Below are positions 17,416 through 25,842 of a stretch of DNA of 25,870 nucleotides, piece by piece (position 1 is the stretch's first letter; each line of letters starts with the position of its first letter). Source of the stretch: a virus (lineage: Duplodnaviria > Caudoviricetes); IMG/VR virus record IMGVR_UViG_3300044472_000046, positions 1 through 25,870 of that record, one strand, 5' to 3'. A model generated the notes under the pieces. That model was given only the letters and a program-made list of their open reading frames with translations, searched no databases and had not been told where the DNA came from. Made by a program: the position numbers and the translations under genes.

Positions 17416-18339
17416 TTAGAACGCGATGATGAGCACCATGCCGGGGCCGCTGCTGCCGCCGGCCCCACCGGTAACCCCGCCGCCGCCGCCGCCGCCGCCG
17501 CACCCAGGACCGAGTGTTGGACCACCCGCGCCGCCGGTACCAGAAGCCCCCGCAGTACCGCCGCCGCCGCCGCCGCAAGCCAGGTATGAAGCGGCCGGCA
17601 AAAGAGATCCGCCCAAGGGAATGATGATGCCGCTCTGCCCCGCACCAGCTGCAGCCGCGCCACCTGTGATCGTCGGGAACGTACCTGCGCCCGTGATACC
17701 GCCGCCGGCTTGGTCCGTGTTCGCTGTGCCGACACCGCCGCCGCCGGCACCCGGCGTGCTGGGCGTCAGGCTGGCAGCGAACGTGATCGAAGTACCCGCA
17801 CCACCGGTAGCCGCGCCACCGGCGCCGCCGGCTTGTCCACCCTTGGTTTGCACAGAGCCGAAAACGTCGAGTATCCTGTTTGTCGGGTTTGCGGCCGCAC
17901 TTCCGCCGCTGGCAGAACCGGATGAGGCGCCGGCACCGCCGGCACCGCCGCCGCCCGCAGCTAAAAAAGTGACTGCAGACACGTTTTGCGATGGGTTCAA
18001 AGTGACGTAGGTGTTTGACCCCGCAGTGCCTGCGGCGCCCGCCGCCCCGCCTGCTTGTGCACGTCCGGCGAAGATCCACAGCGTATCAGGAAGTGCGCAG
18101 GCCGGGAAAATACCGCTGACGTAAGCCCCACTGCCGCCGCCGCCGCCGCCGCCGCGCGCGTTGCCAGCGGCAGCACTGAAGCCGCCGCCGCCACTGCCGC
18201 CGCCGCCGACCGCGAGAATGAACACCCACTGCTTGCCGCGGGGCTTCTGCCAGGTTTGCCACTGATCCCCGCCCCCTGAGTTCGTCTGGGTGAAGCGTTG
18301 GATGTCTACCGAGGGCGGCAGGTGCAGCAAATCAAGCAT
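17416..18339 (-). CDS. Glycine-rich adhesin-like protein (307 aa, starts MLDLLHLPPS)
   Basis: Start at 18339 overlaps the upstream stop, RBS GGGAG. WQKPRG…AVGGGGSGGGG, GGGGGGSG and GxGxVLII termini are typical of phage polyglycine-II Gly-rich domains. Confidence 0.8.
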   Translation of the reverse strand: MLDLLHLPPSVDIQRFTQTNSGGGDQWQTWQKPRGKQWVFILAVGGGGSGGGGFSAAAGNARGGGGGGGSGAYVSGIFPACALPDTLWIFAGRAQAGGAAGAAGTAGSNTYVTLNPSQNVSAVTFLAAGGGGAGGAGASSGSASGGSAAANPTNRILDVFGSVQTKGGQAGGAGGAATGGAGTSITFAASLTPSTPGAGGGGVGTANTDQAGGGITGAGTFPTITGGAAAAGAGQSGIIIPLGGSLLPAASYLACGGGGGGTAGASGTGGAGGPTLGPGCGGGGGGGGVTGGAGGSSGPGMVLIIAF

Positions 18340-18775
18340 GAGGGCGCTCCCAGTCTTGCACCGGCGCATCCAGAATCTGTGCCGCACGCCCCGCGCCGAG
18401 CAGACCCGCTGCCTCGAGCGCCTGCACACCTTGACGCGTCGTGTCGTGCGCCAGGTCAACCGTCAGCGTCGAGTTGAGCAGCAGCATGTAGTCGGCCAAG
18501 GCGTCATTGGCGGCAGCGGCGCGCCGGATCACGATGCGCTCCTGCGTCGTCATGCGCTGCAAGAACGCGAGTGGCGTGATGCGCACATCCTGAGACTCAG
18601 CAGCTGGTGCCAGAACGACCGGCGGAACGTACCACGCCGGGGGCTTCGGATCGGTGTCCACCGTGCTGTAGTCGACACCGCCGAGGATCGGCTTGCCGTC
18701 ATCGGTGTAGAGGCTGCCGTCAACGGTCTCCAGCCACGCAGGACCGAGATCGGCGATGTCCACTCGCCGCAGCAT
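18332..18775 (-). CDS. Putative fibre assembly/chaperone-like protein (147 aa)
   Basis: ITPLAFLQRMT.QERI.IR…VDL…GV.AL..AGLL…RA.QIL helical motif, typically found next to fibre genes. TGATG overlap. Confidence 0.6.
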   Translation of the reverse strand: MLRRVDIADLGPAWLETVDGSLYTDDGKPILGGVDYSTVDTDPKPPAWYVPPVVLAPAAESQDVRITPLAFLQRMTTQERIVIRRAAAANDALADYMLLLNSTLTVDLAHDTTRQGVQALEAAGLLGAGRAAQILDAPVQDWERPHA

Positions 18776-19227
18776 CAGTACGCCCCGCCGATGCCCGTGA
18801 CGACCCAGCCGGTGCCCGCCGAGCCAGTGCTGGTGCCGAAGGACACGAGAAGGCGATACCCGGCCGGCAGTGCGAAGTTGAGGGGCACATCGAACGGGTT
18901 GCTAGCCAGAGTCTGCGACACGGTGACCGCAGGCAACGCGATTTCGTCGATGAGCCAGGTGTTGGCTGCAGTGTTCGATGTACCCGGCGTGAATGCACCG
19001 GTGACGCTGCACACGTAGACGCGCGCCACCGTAGCGGCCGGTGAGCCCGCCGAGCGAAACCGCAGGCGCTGGATGAAGCCGCCGTTGGTTGTGTCCGCCT
19101 GGAACACGCTGGTGATATTCGCTCCGGTGCCGTCCTGCGCCGTGTTGGCGTTCGGCCCGATGACTGCACCGCCGCCGCTTTGGATGTCACCGGCCTTGCT
19201 GTAGATGGGGTCGAGATTCGCTGCCAT
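18775..19227 (-). CDS. Small beta-sandwich virion-type protein (150 aa)
   Basis: RBS GAGG. Alternating beta pattern (GGFIQRLRFR…VARVYV…LIDEIALP…LPAGYRLLV). Confidence 0.7.
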   Translation of the reverse strand: MAANLDPIYSKAGDIQSGGGAVIGPNANTAQDGTGANITSVFQADTTNGGFIQRLRFRSAGSPAATVARVYVCSVTGAFTPGTSNTAANTWLIDEIALPAVTVSQTLASNPFDVPLNFALPAGYRLLVSFGTSTGSAGTGWVVTGIGGAY

Positions 19228-19234
19228 AGGTGCC

Positions 19235-19585
19235 TCACATCATGTTCATGTTCGCGGACCGCGCACAGCCCATGCCGCGGCCGGCACTGCGCATCAGGTC
19301 CGCAGGCGCCGTGCAGAACACGTCCTTCGAGCCGGCCGAGAAGTTCACCGCTGCGCCGCTGTTGCTCGACGAGTAGACCTTCGTACGGGCGAGCGTTGTC
19401 GAGCCGCTGAGCGTGCCGAGACCGACTTCCCACTCGCTGGTGCCAGCGATGCAGTACCAGACGAGATCGCCTGTCGAGAACGCGCTGCTAAAGGCCTGAT
19501 AGCCCGTAGCCGCGCCCGCCAACGTCACGGAACCCGTGCCGGTGGTGGTCGTGGTCTCCTTGACGCGATCCGCGGTGTGCGGCAT
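19235..19585 (-). CDS. Fibre connector-like protein, ADRVKETTTTTGTG family (116 aa)
   Basis: ADRVKETTTTTGTGSVTLAGA…EWEVGLGT…LART.V.SSSNSGAAVNFSAGSKDVFCT, a frequent N-terminal module of environmental phage fibre proteins, here stand-alone. Confidence 0.75.
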   Translation of the reverse strand: MPHTADRVKETTTTTGTGSVTLAGAATGYQAFSSAFSTGDLVWYCIAGTSEWEVGLGTLSGSTTLARTKVYSSSNSGAAVNFSAGSKDVFCTAPADLMRSAGRGMGCARSANMNMM

Positions 19586-19586
19586 G

Positions 19587-20021
19587 TCAAGTCAGCGTGA
19601 AGATGCCGCTCGCGTTGAACTGGATCGTCAACGTATTGCCGGTGGTCACGGTGAACTGCGAGGTCGAGAGCTTCGACCAGCACAGCGCCTTGCCGCCGGA
19701 GACACCGATGACGCCGAACTTCACGTTCGTGAGCGGCCCGCCGGTGGCAGTCCACACGAGGTTCGCGGCATTGAACTTCATCTGCTTGGCCGAGGCGCCG
19801 GTCGTCCAGATCATGCTGGCGAGAGCCAGGCCGTTGGCGACGTAACCGCCCGACGTGCCGATTTCGTTGTTGACCGAAGCGAAGGTCGACAAGGTGAAGG
19901 TCGAAGCATTTGACGCGCTGGTCGTCAGCTTCATCTTCAGCGCGGTCGTGCCGAGCACGATCGTGCCGTTGCCAATGTACTTCTTGGCCTTGTTGTAAAA
20001 CAGGAAAGCGGATGCAGCCAT
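19587..20021 (-). CDS. Small Ser/Thr-rich beta structural protein (144 aa), putative fibre subunit
   Basis: RBS GAGGAG. YNKAK…G.I.L…LKMKL…NEI…GY..G..L…FNAANLVWTA.GG…TVTTGNTLTIQFNASGIFTL pattern, seen in many phage minor structural proteins. Confidence 0.75.
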   Translation of the reverse strand: MAASAFLFYNKAKKYIGNGTIVLGTTALKMKLTTSASNASTFTLSTFASVNNEIGTSGGYVANGLALASMIWTTGASAKQMKFNAANLVWTATGGPLTNVKFGVIGVSGGKALCWSKLSTSQFTVTTGNTLTIQFNASGIFTLT

Positions 20022-20024
20022 CGT

Positions 20025-21449
20025 TCACTCCTCAGGCGCAAACGAGGCGCCGTGTTTGATCATGTGGGCAATGAGCCCGTCGCCATACAACTCAAGTTCC
20101 ATTTCGTCGCCCATGAAGCGCACGAGATCGCGGAACTCGGTGGCCTGTGAGACCATCCACGGCGTGCAGTTGAAGGTGCGGCCCCCGCACGTCAACGGCA
20201 TCGTAGCTTCTCCATCGTTTTCAGGCTGCGCGTAAGCGTGGTGCGCCTGAGGCGCCACGCACGAGTCGAAGCCGAACACGTGCATTCTCGCGAATCCGAG
20301 CATGCGCAGCAAGGGGAACGCACGCAGCACCACCGTGCTGCCGCCCGGAACCGGGAAGAACGTGCCCGCCTTCTCCCGGATCAGGTCTTCCATCGCCTCG
20401 GACACACCCGAGTGCCACAGGTACGTGCGCTCGCGCGGCAGGCCCTCGAGCGTGCTCGGGTGCACTTGTGAAGCGATAAGGTAGCGGCACGTCGGGTGCG
20501 GCCGGCGCGTGAAGCGCGCGTTGAATTCCCGGGCGTCGAGCACGATCTGCGCGCTCGGTTCCATCCCGTTGTCGATCGCCCAGTCATAGGCGCCGTTGAC
20601 AGTGATGAGGGCGGCACCTGCAGTGCGCAGACGCCGGATCTCTTCGACGTGATCGAGCATCGACGGCCCGCCGGCGAGCAGCACAACCTCGCGGTCCTGC
20701 TTGTTGAACGGCACCACGTGCATCCAGCCGGCCTCGACGTTGGCGCGAACTTGCTGCTCTGCAACTTCCTCGCCGACGTTGACCTTGCCGTGCTTGATGA
20801 TGTTCTCGGCACCTTCCCAGACGGAGCAGTAGATGCAGCAGAACAGCTCGTTCTCTCCCGACCAGTGGATGACGGCACCCAGGTCGGTCAGCTGCTTGAT
20901 CCACCACGCGAGCGGCTGCACGGTCAAGTGCAACTGCTCGCCAATCAGCGCGCCCATCGTGTCAGGCACGGTCGAAATCTGGAAGAAAACGTGCTCGGCC
21001 GCCGCCAGGATGTTGAGCAGCACCGTGCGCACCTGCTCGGGCGGGATGTGCTCCATCACGTCCGTGCAGTAGCCGTAAGCCGCGTGGTGCGCGATCGGTT
21101 GCGTCAGATCCTGCCGGCTGAAGCGGATGCGCTCGGGCTGCGTCTTGCAGGCATTGGCTACATCCTCATCGAGACAGTTCTCGGCGAAGTCGAGCATGTG
21201 CACCTTGGCGCGGCCAAAGAGGGCAATCATCAGCGCGCCGCGGCCCGTGCCGCAGCCGAAGTCAATGACATCGGCGTCGGGCGGCATGCTCGCCTGCTCA
21301 AGGAACATCTGCGCGGCGCCCTCGCCGGGCGCGCTCTCGCGGTACTCGGCGTGCTGCCACACCTTCTCGTACTTGGCCTGCTCGGGGTTCGCGACCGGGG
21401 CCACGCTCACCGAAGGTGCGAAGCCGGCGACGCCGACGGGGATGGTCAT
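20025..21449 (-). CDS. Fusion of class I SAM-dependent methyltransferase and Maf/DUF115 (MptE-like) glycosyltransferase-type domain (474 aa)
   Basis: N-terminal domain: VIDFGCGTG, MLDF, QDLT, CTDVMEHIP. C-terminal domain: VVLLAGGPSM, ITVNGA, IVLDAR, GGSTV…LGFARMHVFGFDS, HHAY. ATGA-coupled to the portal stop. Confidence 0.8.
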   Translation of the reverse strand: MTIPVGVAGFAPSVSVAPVANPEQAKYEKVWQHAEYRESAPGEGAAQMFLEQASMPPDADVIDFGCGTGRGALMIALFGRAKVHMLDFAENCLDEDVANACKTQPERIRFSRQDLTQPIAHHAAYGYCTDVMEHIPPEQVRTVLLNILAAAEHVFFQISTVPDTMGALIGEQLHLTVQPLAWWIKQLTDLGAVIHWSGENELFCCIYCSVWEGAENIIKHGKVNVGEEVAEQQVRANVEAGWMHVVPFNKQDREVVLLAGGPSMLDHVEEIRRLRTAGAALITVNGAYDWAIDNGMEPSAQIVLDAREFNARFTRRPHPTCRYLIASQVHPSTLEGLPRERTYLWHSGVSEAMEDLIREKAGTFFPVPGGSTVVLRAFPLLRMLGFARMHVFGFDSCVAPQAHHAYAQPENDGEATMPLTCGGRTFNCTPWMVSQATEFRDLVRFMGDEMELELYGDGLIAHMIKHGASFAPEE

Positions 21450-23707
21450 GTGTTGTGCTCCACTTCCCCGCCGATGAGTTCACCCTCGGGGCTGTACTGG
21501 TACTTGATGCGCTTGGTCGGTGGCTTCTTCGCCGTGTGCGCCTGCATTGCTGCGGCCACGGCTTGCTGCACGATGTTGGCGAGCACGCTGTGGTCGTTGG
21601 ACGCCGCCTCGCGCTCGGTGATCGCCTGCTCGCGCTCGAGGGTCTGCTGGTGCTCGAGCTGCATCTGCTGCAATTGCGTCTGCTGCTGCGCCTGCGCAGC
21701 CTGGGCTTGGGCCTCCTGCTGGGCCTGCTGGGCAGCAGCCAAGTCTTCTTCCGAGGGCACCACCTCGTCGACGGGCAACTCCATCGCGGCGGCCGTCTCG
21801 CGCAGCAGCGCGGCGCGGTACTTAGCCGTGATGATCTGCGCGTCGATCGGGTTCGCCGTCATCGTCAGGAACTGGATGCGCCGCTGCTGCGCCGACTCGC
21901 GAATCAGGATGGCCGCCGCACCGCGGGGCACTACCTTGCAGTCGCCCTTGATGCTGTTGTCGGGGTTGTAGAGCATCTCGTTGATGAAGGTGTCGCTGAT
22001 GTTCGGCGAGATGACACCGGAGTCGATGCCGCTGATCGCGCGGCGCAGCCCCTTGGCTGCGTTGTTCATCAGCATGGACAGGCCGGTAGCGGTGTCGGCG
22101 CTGCCGCCCGCGCGCTCGTTGCCGTAGGTGTAGCGCGGGATGCCCGTGGCATCGTCGGCGCGGATCTCCCACTTCTCGTAGGTCGCCATCAACTGCGAAC
22201 TGCGGTCGTCGGGCTGGAAGAACCCGATGCCCGGGTTCACACCCTGCGTGGGGTCACTCTTCAGCTGCCAGCACTTCCATGGGAACTGCTCGAGGCTTTG
22301 CTCACCGTCGGCGAGCCGGTCGACGTGGACCCACGTCTGCGGGCCGCTGGCGATCGACATGTTGTCAGCCAGGGCGCACGCGATCGCGTTACACATCTTC
22401 TGGCTGGTGGCCGCCAGGTCCGGGATCGACCGACCCCAAAAGGCGCCGGGGATCTCGTCGTACGATGCCTTGCGGTAGGGCCGCTGGCCGAGGGGGTTCG
22501 TGTTGAGTGCGGCATACAGCACGTAGCGTCCGCACACGAGCACGTTGCACTCGTAGTCGCGCGTCTCGTCGAGGTCCGGCACGCCGTAGCTCATCAGCTT
22601 CCAGCCCGGCACCGACCCCCAGTAGTTGAGCGCGTCGATCACGCCCGGGGGCGACAGCCACATGTACATCGTCTCTTGCTCGAGACGCTGCCTCTCGGCC
22701 TCGGTCCACAGCCACCCCTCGAGGTGCCCGTTGCTGTAGTCGCGCAGCGCGCCGTCGATCTGGTCATCCTGGTAGCCGGGCAGGCCTTTCAGGTCGAACA
22801 AGTCGCTGCGGTGAAAGCGCTCGCGCTCGATGAAGTCGCCCTGCTGCGGCGTCTTCGATGACGGCGCGGGGTAGACATCGAAGGGCGATACACGGTCCCA
22901 CGACTGCGCGGGGTTGTTGGAGACTTTCGGCTTCCAGCCGTCGGCCCACTCCAACGTCTTGCGCCGCGCGTAGATCGGCCCCTTGAGGATCGCTGCCGGG
23001 TAAGTGACGAAATCCTCCACGAAGGCGTCCATCGCATCGACGTAGCCGCCCTCGGCGAGCCGGTCGGCGATCTGCGTCTCCATGCGCTTGGCACGCTGCA
23101 GGGCCAGGTGCTTGATCGTCTTCTCGGCCTGGTCACGCAATTGGTCGCCCAGTTGCATCACGAGCGTGCGGTGCTCCTCGGCGCTCATCGTGCCGCCGCC
23201 GGCTTGCGCAGCCTGCATCATGGCTTGGTTCGCCTGCGCGAGAGCCTTGCTCACGATGGCCTTTTTCATCTGCATCGGCAGATCGGCGAGCGGTGTGGGG
23301 TCGAGGCCCCAGGGCTGCTCCCCCACAGGCAGCACGATCTCACGGATCCAGGCACTCGCTGCGCGGCACTTCGTCTCGGTCAAGTCCGACCAGACGATGT
23401 TCATGCCGCCGTTCGCGGATTGCAGAGACTGCAACTCCGAGGCGCTGTAGACCCCGCGGCGAGCGCGCAGGCATTGCAGCAGTTTCAGGTCGATGCGTTG
23501 CTTGGCGAGCTTGTTGCGCCCCCAGGCTGCGCGCACGTGGCTGACAAGCGCTGTCCACGTGTCTTCTTCGAAGACCATCGGCTCGGGCGGCTTCTCCGCG
23601 TCGCGCTGGATCAGTTCCTTGAGCCCCAACTGGCGCACCAGCGGGAAGCTGCGCGCCCCGGCCGGTGGCGTGGGTGAAGTCTGAGCGGCTTGCGGGGAGA
23701 CGGCCAT
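21446..23707 (-). CDS. Portal protein (~753 aa; alternative GTG start at 23716)
   Basis: TETKCRAASAWI, DFVTYPAAILKGP, RVSPFDVYP, PGAFWGRSIPD, ADDATGIPRY, TATGLSMLMNNA and IKGDCKVVPRG motifs. Directly after the terminase. Confidence 0.92.
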   Translation of the reverse strand: MAVSPQAAQTSPTPPAGARSFPLVRQLGLKELIQRDAEKPPEPMVFEEDTWTALVSHVRAAWGRNKLAKQRIDLKLLQCLRARRGVYSASELQSLQSANGGMNIVWSDLTETKCRAASAWIREIVLPVGEQPWGLDPTPLADLPMQMKKAIVSKALAQANQAMMQAAQAGGGTMSAEEHRTLVMQLGDQLRDQAEKTIKHLALQRAKRMETQIADRLAEGGYVDAMDAFVEDFVTYPAAILKGPIYARRKTLEWADGWKPKVSNNPAQSWDRVSPFDVYPAPSSKTPQQGDFIERERFHRSDLFDLKGLPGYQDDQIDGALRDYSNGHLEGWLWTEAERQRLEQETMYMWLSPPGVIDALNYWGSVPGWKLMSYGVPDLDETRDYECNVLVCGRYVLYAALNTNPLGQRPYRKASYDEIPGAFWGRSIPDLAATSQKMCNAIACALADNMSIASGPQTWVHVDRLADGEQSLEQFPWKCWQLKSDPTQGVNPGIGFFQPDDRSSQLMATYEKWEIRADDATGIPRYTYGNERAGGSADTATGLSMLMNNAAKGLRRAISGIDSGVISPNISDTFINEMLYNPDNSIKGDCKVVPRGAAAILIRESAQQRRIQFLTMTANPIDAQIITAKYRAALLRETAAAMELPVDEVVPSEEDLAAAQQAQQEAQAQAAQAQQQTQLQQMQLEHQQTLEREQAITEREAASNDHSVLANIVQQAVAAAMQAHTAKKPPTKRIKYQYSPEGELIGGEVEHNT

Positions 23708-23739
23708 GTTGGGCACAGATTATGCACTGCGGCCGCCGG

Positions 23740-23774
23740 AAAGAAAAACCCCGCCGCAGTCGCCTGGGGCGGGG
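23740..23774 (-). terminator. Intrinsic terminator between terminase and portal
   Basis: CCCCGCCCCAG-GCGA-CTGCGGCGGGG-TTTTTCTTT: GNRA loop, one mismatch, U tract. Confidence 0.8.
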
Positions 23775-23834
23775 GAAATCGGAGACATGCCGGGCAACTT
23801 GGGCTGGCACCGCGAGTCTACCGCCGTAACCCAA

Positions 23835-25562
23835 TCACTTCGACCAAACGACCGTTCTACGTTGCACGGGCCTCACCTTGGCAATCGTGACCTTCCTGTC
23901 GATGAGTTCAGGCACGAAGGTGAGGGCCAGCGAGTCGGCGCGGTCGGGGGACTTGCCGCCGTTTCGCTTGAGGTCTTTTTTGCTCTGCAACTGGATGCGA
24001 AACCGCGCGTCGTAGCCGTAGTCGAGACTGATCAGTTCCTCGGCGAGCCCGTCCTCGTCAGGCACGTGCCCGTGCTCGAGGAAGTCGCGCATCTTGCCCC
24101 AGCACTCGCTGCGCTGGTTGAAATACTGCTTGTCGTCCTTGGCCGGCTGCCCCCACTGCACAGCGATGAGCGCGGGCAGGCCCTGCATGCGCCGCAGCGC
24201 GCTGTCCAAGTCCGCGCCGTTGCCGATGGCGTCATAGGCGATGCACGCGATGGGCGCCTCCTTGCGCACGATCTCGAAGATGCGGCTCGCCAGGTCCGGC
24301 CCGTCGAAGCCGCTGAGTGCCATCTGCCAGTGAACCTGCAAGCCCTGACGCAACGTGATGACGGAGAAGTCATCGCCGAAGCGCGCCGGGTCGACCGCGA
24401 GGATCTTCGGGAAGGGCCGGTAGACATTCGGGTCAAGCCGGCGCCTGCGTGCGCCGTTGACAAGCTCAGGACTGATGAAGTTGGCGTAGCCCGCGCGCGG
24501 GAACTCGCCGCGCACGCGCACGCGCACGAAGTCGCTGTCCTCGCCGTAGTCCTCGACCCAGGCCGCGATCTGCCCCTTGTTGGCGAAGCTGATGGTGCGG
24601 CTGTCCACGCGGGTGTAAGTGTTGCGCTTACCCTGCGTGCAGTTTTTGAAGAAGCGTCCCGAGGTCTTCGTCGGGTTGCCGTAGCGGCACCAGATGATCT
24701 GCGTGCGCGCGTCGGTGAGCGCGCCCTCGGTCACGTCCCAGATCACGTCGTCGATGGCTGAGGCCTCGTCGAAGATGACCAACAGCCGCTTGCCTTGGTT
24801 GTGCAGGCCGGCGAAGGCTTCCGACTTCTCCTTGCTCCACGGGATCTGATCGACGCGCCAGGTCTTCTCGCGCACTGGGTCGCCGGCGATGTAAAGCGCG
24901 GTCGCGGTGAGGGTGAACAACTGCTTGGCGATGAAAAGCTGGTACCACTTGCCGAGCTCGGCCCACGTCTTGGTGCGCAACTGCGTGTCGGTGTTGGCGG
25001 TGATGACGCCGCGGGTGTCGGCCGCCGTGCTGGCAGCCCACAGGATGAGCCACGACACCTCGGCCGACTTGCCTACGCCGTGACCCGAGGACACGTCCTC
25101 CTCGATGACGCAGCCGTCCTGACCGCCGGCGCGGATGCGCTCGCCGATGCGCGTGAGTTGTTCACGCTGCCACGGCTCGGGCCCGGCCTGGTCCTCGAGG
25201 CTCGTGCCCTTCTCGCCCCACGGGAAAGCCCACAGCACGAAGCCCAGCGGGTCGGCGTGGAAGCCCGCTAAGCGGTCCATGAGCTCGTCGAGCGGCGTGT
25301 TCTTCACTGCAAGGTTGCCGATGACGGACTGCTTGACGGGGATCTTGAGAGCGTCCGAGGGGCCCTTGCCGCGCGTGCCGGCCAGCGGCAGCGGGGGGTT
25401 GAACCGCGGATCAACCTCGGCGCGGCGCTCCACCGGGTCGGGCACAAACAGCGCCGTACCGCTGACGTGCTGGTTGCTCTTGACCGTGTGCTGTCCATGC
25501 TTGTACTTCGGATCCTTGTACTTCGTGTGCGGCCCGCGCCAGCCGGAGTTCGGGCCGCCCAC
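23835..25562 (-). CDS. terL: Terminase large subunit (575 aa; true start uncertain)
   Basis: Walker A SGHGVGKS, Walker B LVIFDEAS, GNPT coupling motif, nuclease motifs AVDPARFGDD and SPDRADSL. Confidence 0.96.
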   Translation of the reverse strand: MGGPNSGWRGPHTKYKDPKYKHGQHTVKSNQHVSGTALFVPDPVERRAEVDPRFNPPLPLAGTRGKGPSDALKIPVKQSVIGNLAVKNTPLDELMDRLAGFHADPLGFVLWAFPWGEKGTSLEDQAGPEPWQREQLTRIGERIRAGGQDGCVIEEDVSSGHGVGKSAEVSWLILWAASTAADTRGVITANTDTQLRTKTWAELGKWYQLFIAKQLFTLTATALYIAGDPVREKTWRVDQIPWSKEKSEAFAGLHNQGKRLLVIFDEASAIDDVIWDVTEGALTDARTQIIWCRYGNPTKTSGRFFKNCTQGKRNTYTRVDSRTISFANKGQIAAWVEDYGEDSDFVRVRVRGEFPRAGYANFISPELVNGARRRRLDPNVYRPFPKILAVDPARFGDDFSVITLRQGLQVHWQMALSGFDGPDLASRIFEIVRKEAPIACIAYDAIGNGADLDSALRRMQGLPALIAVQWGQPAKDDKQYFNQRSECWGKMRDFLEHGHVPDEDGLAEELISLDYGYDARFRIQLQSKKDLKRNGGKSPDRADSLALTFVPELIDRKVTIAKVRPVQRRTVVWSK

Positions 25563-25569
25563 GGGATGC

Positions 25570-25842
25570 TCAGTACCCCTTGCCCAGCGGCACGGGCGAG
25601 GCGACGACCGGCGAGACGACCGAGCCGCTGATCGTGCGCGAGGGAGCGCCCAGCGCAGCCGGGAAGCCCTCGGCCTCGGGCACAGCGGCGCGGTCGGGGA
25701 TCGTGTCGGCCACGCGCTGCGCGCGAGCCGCGCCGGTCGAGCGCGATGCGCTCAAGGACTGGCCGATGCCGGTAGCTTGCGCGCGGAAGTCGGCGGGCGC
25801 GATGGCGCGCGGCTTGTGGGTCTCACCGGGAGAGGTCTTCAT
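25570..25842 (-). CDS. Hypothetical protein (90 aa)
   Basis: RBS GGAG before the ATG; ends 7 nt before terL. No recognisable small-terminase motif. Confidence 0.55.
   Translation of the reverse strand: MKTSPGETHKPRAIAPADFRAQATGIGQSLSASRSTGAARAQRVADTIPDRAAVPEAEGFPAALGAPSRTISGSVVSPVVASPVPLGKGY

Noticed and set aside
20800-21400. DNA methyltransferase call
   Set aside because: No DPPY/NPPY or PC catalytic motif; CTDVMEHIP fits small-molecule or sugar class I methyltransferases.
20496-24761. Plus-strand ORFs of 491, 481 and 351 aa
   Set aside because: Antisense to the enzyme, portal and terminase genes; no recognisable motifs.
25570-25842. Small terminase call
   Set aside because: Position fits, but there is no helix-turn-helix or oligomerisation signature, so it is left hypothetical.
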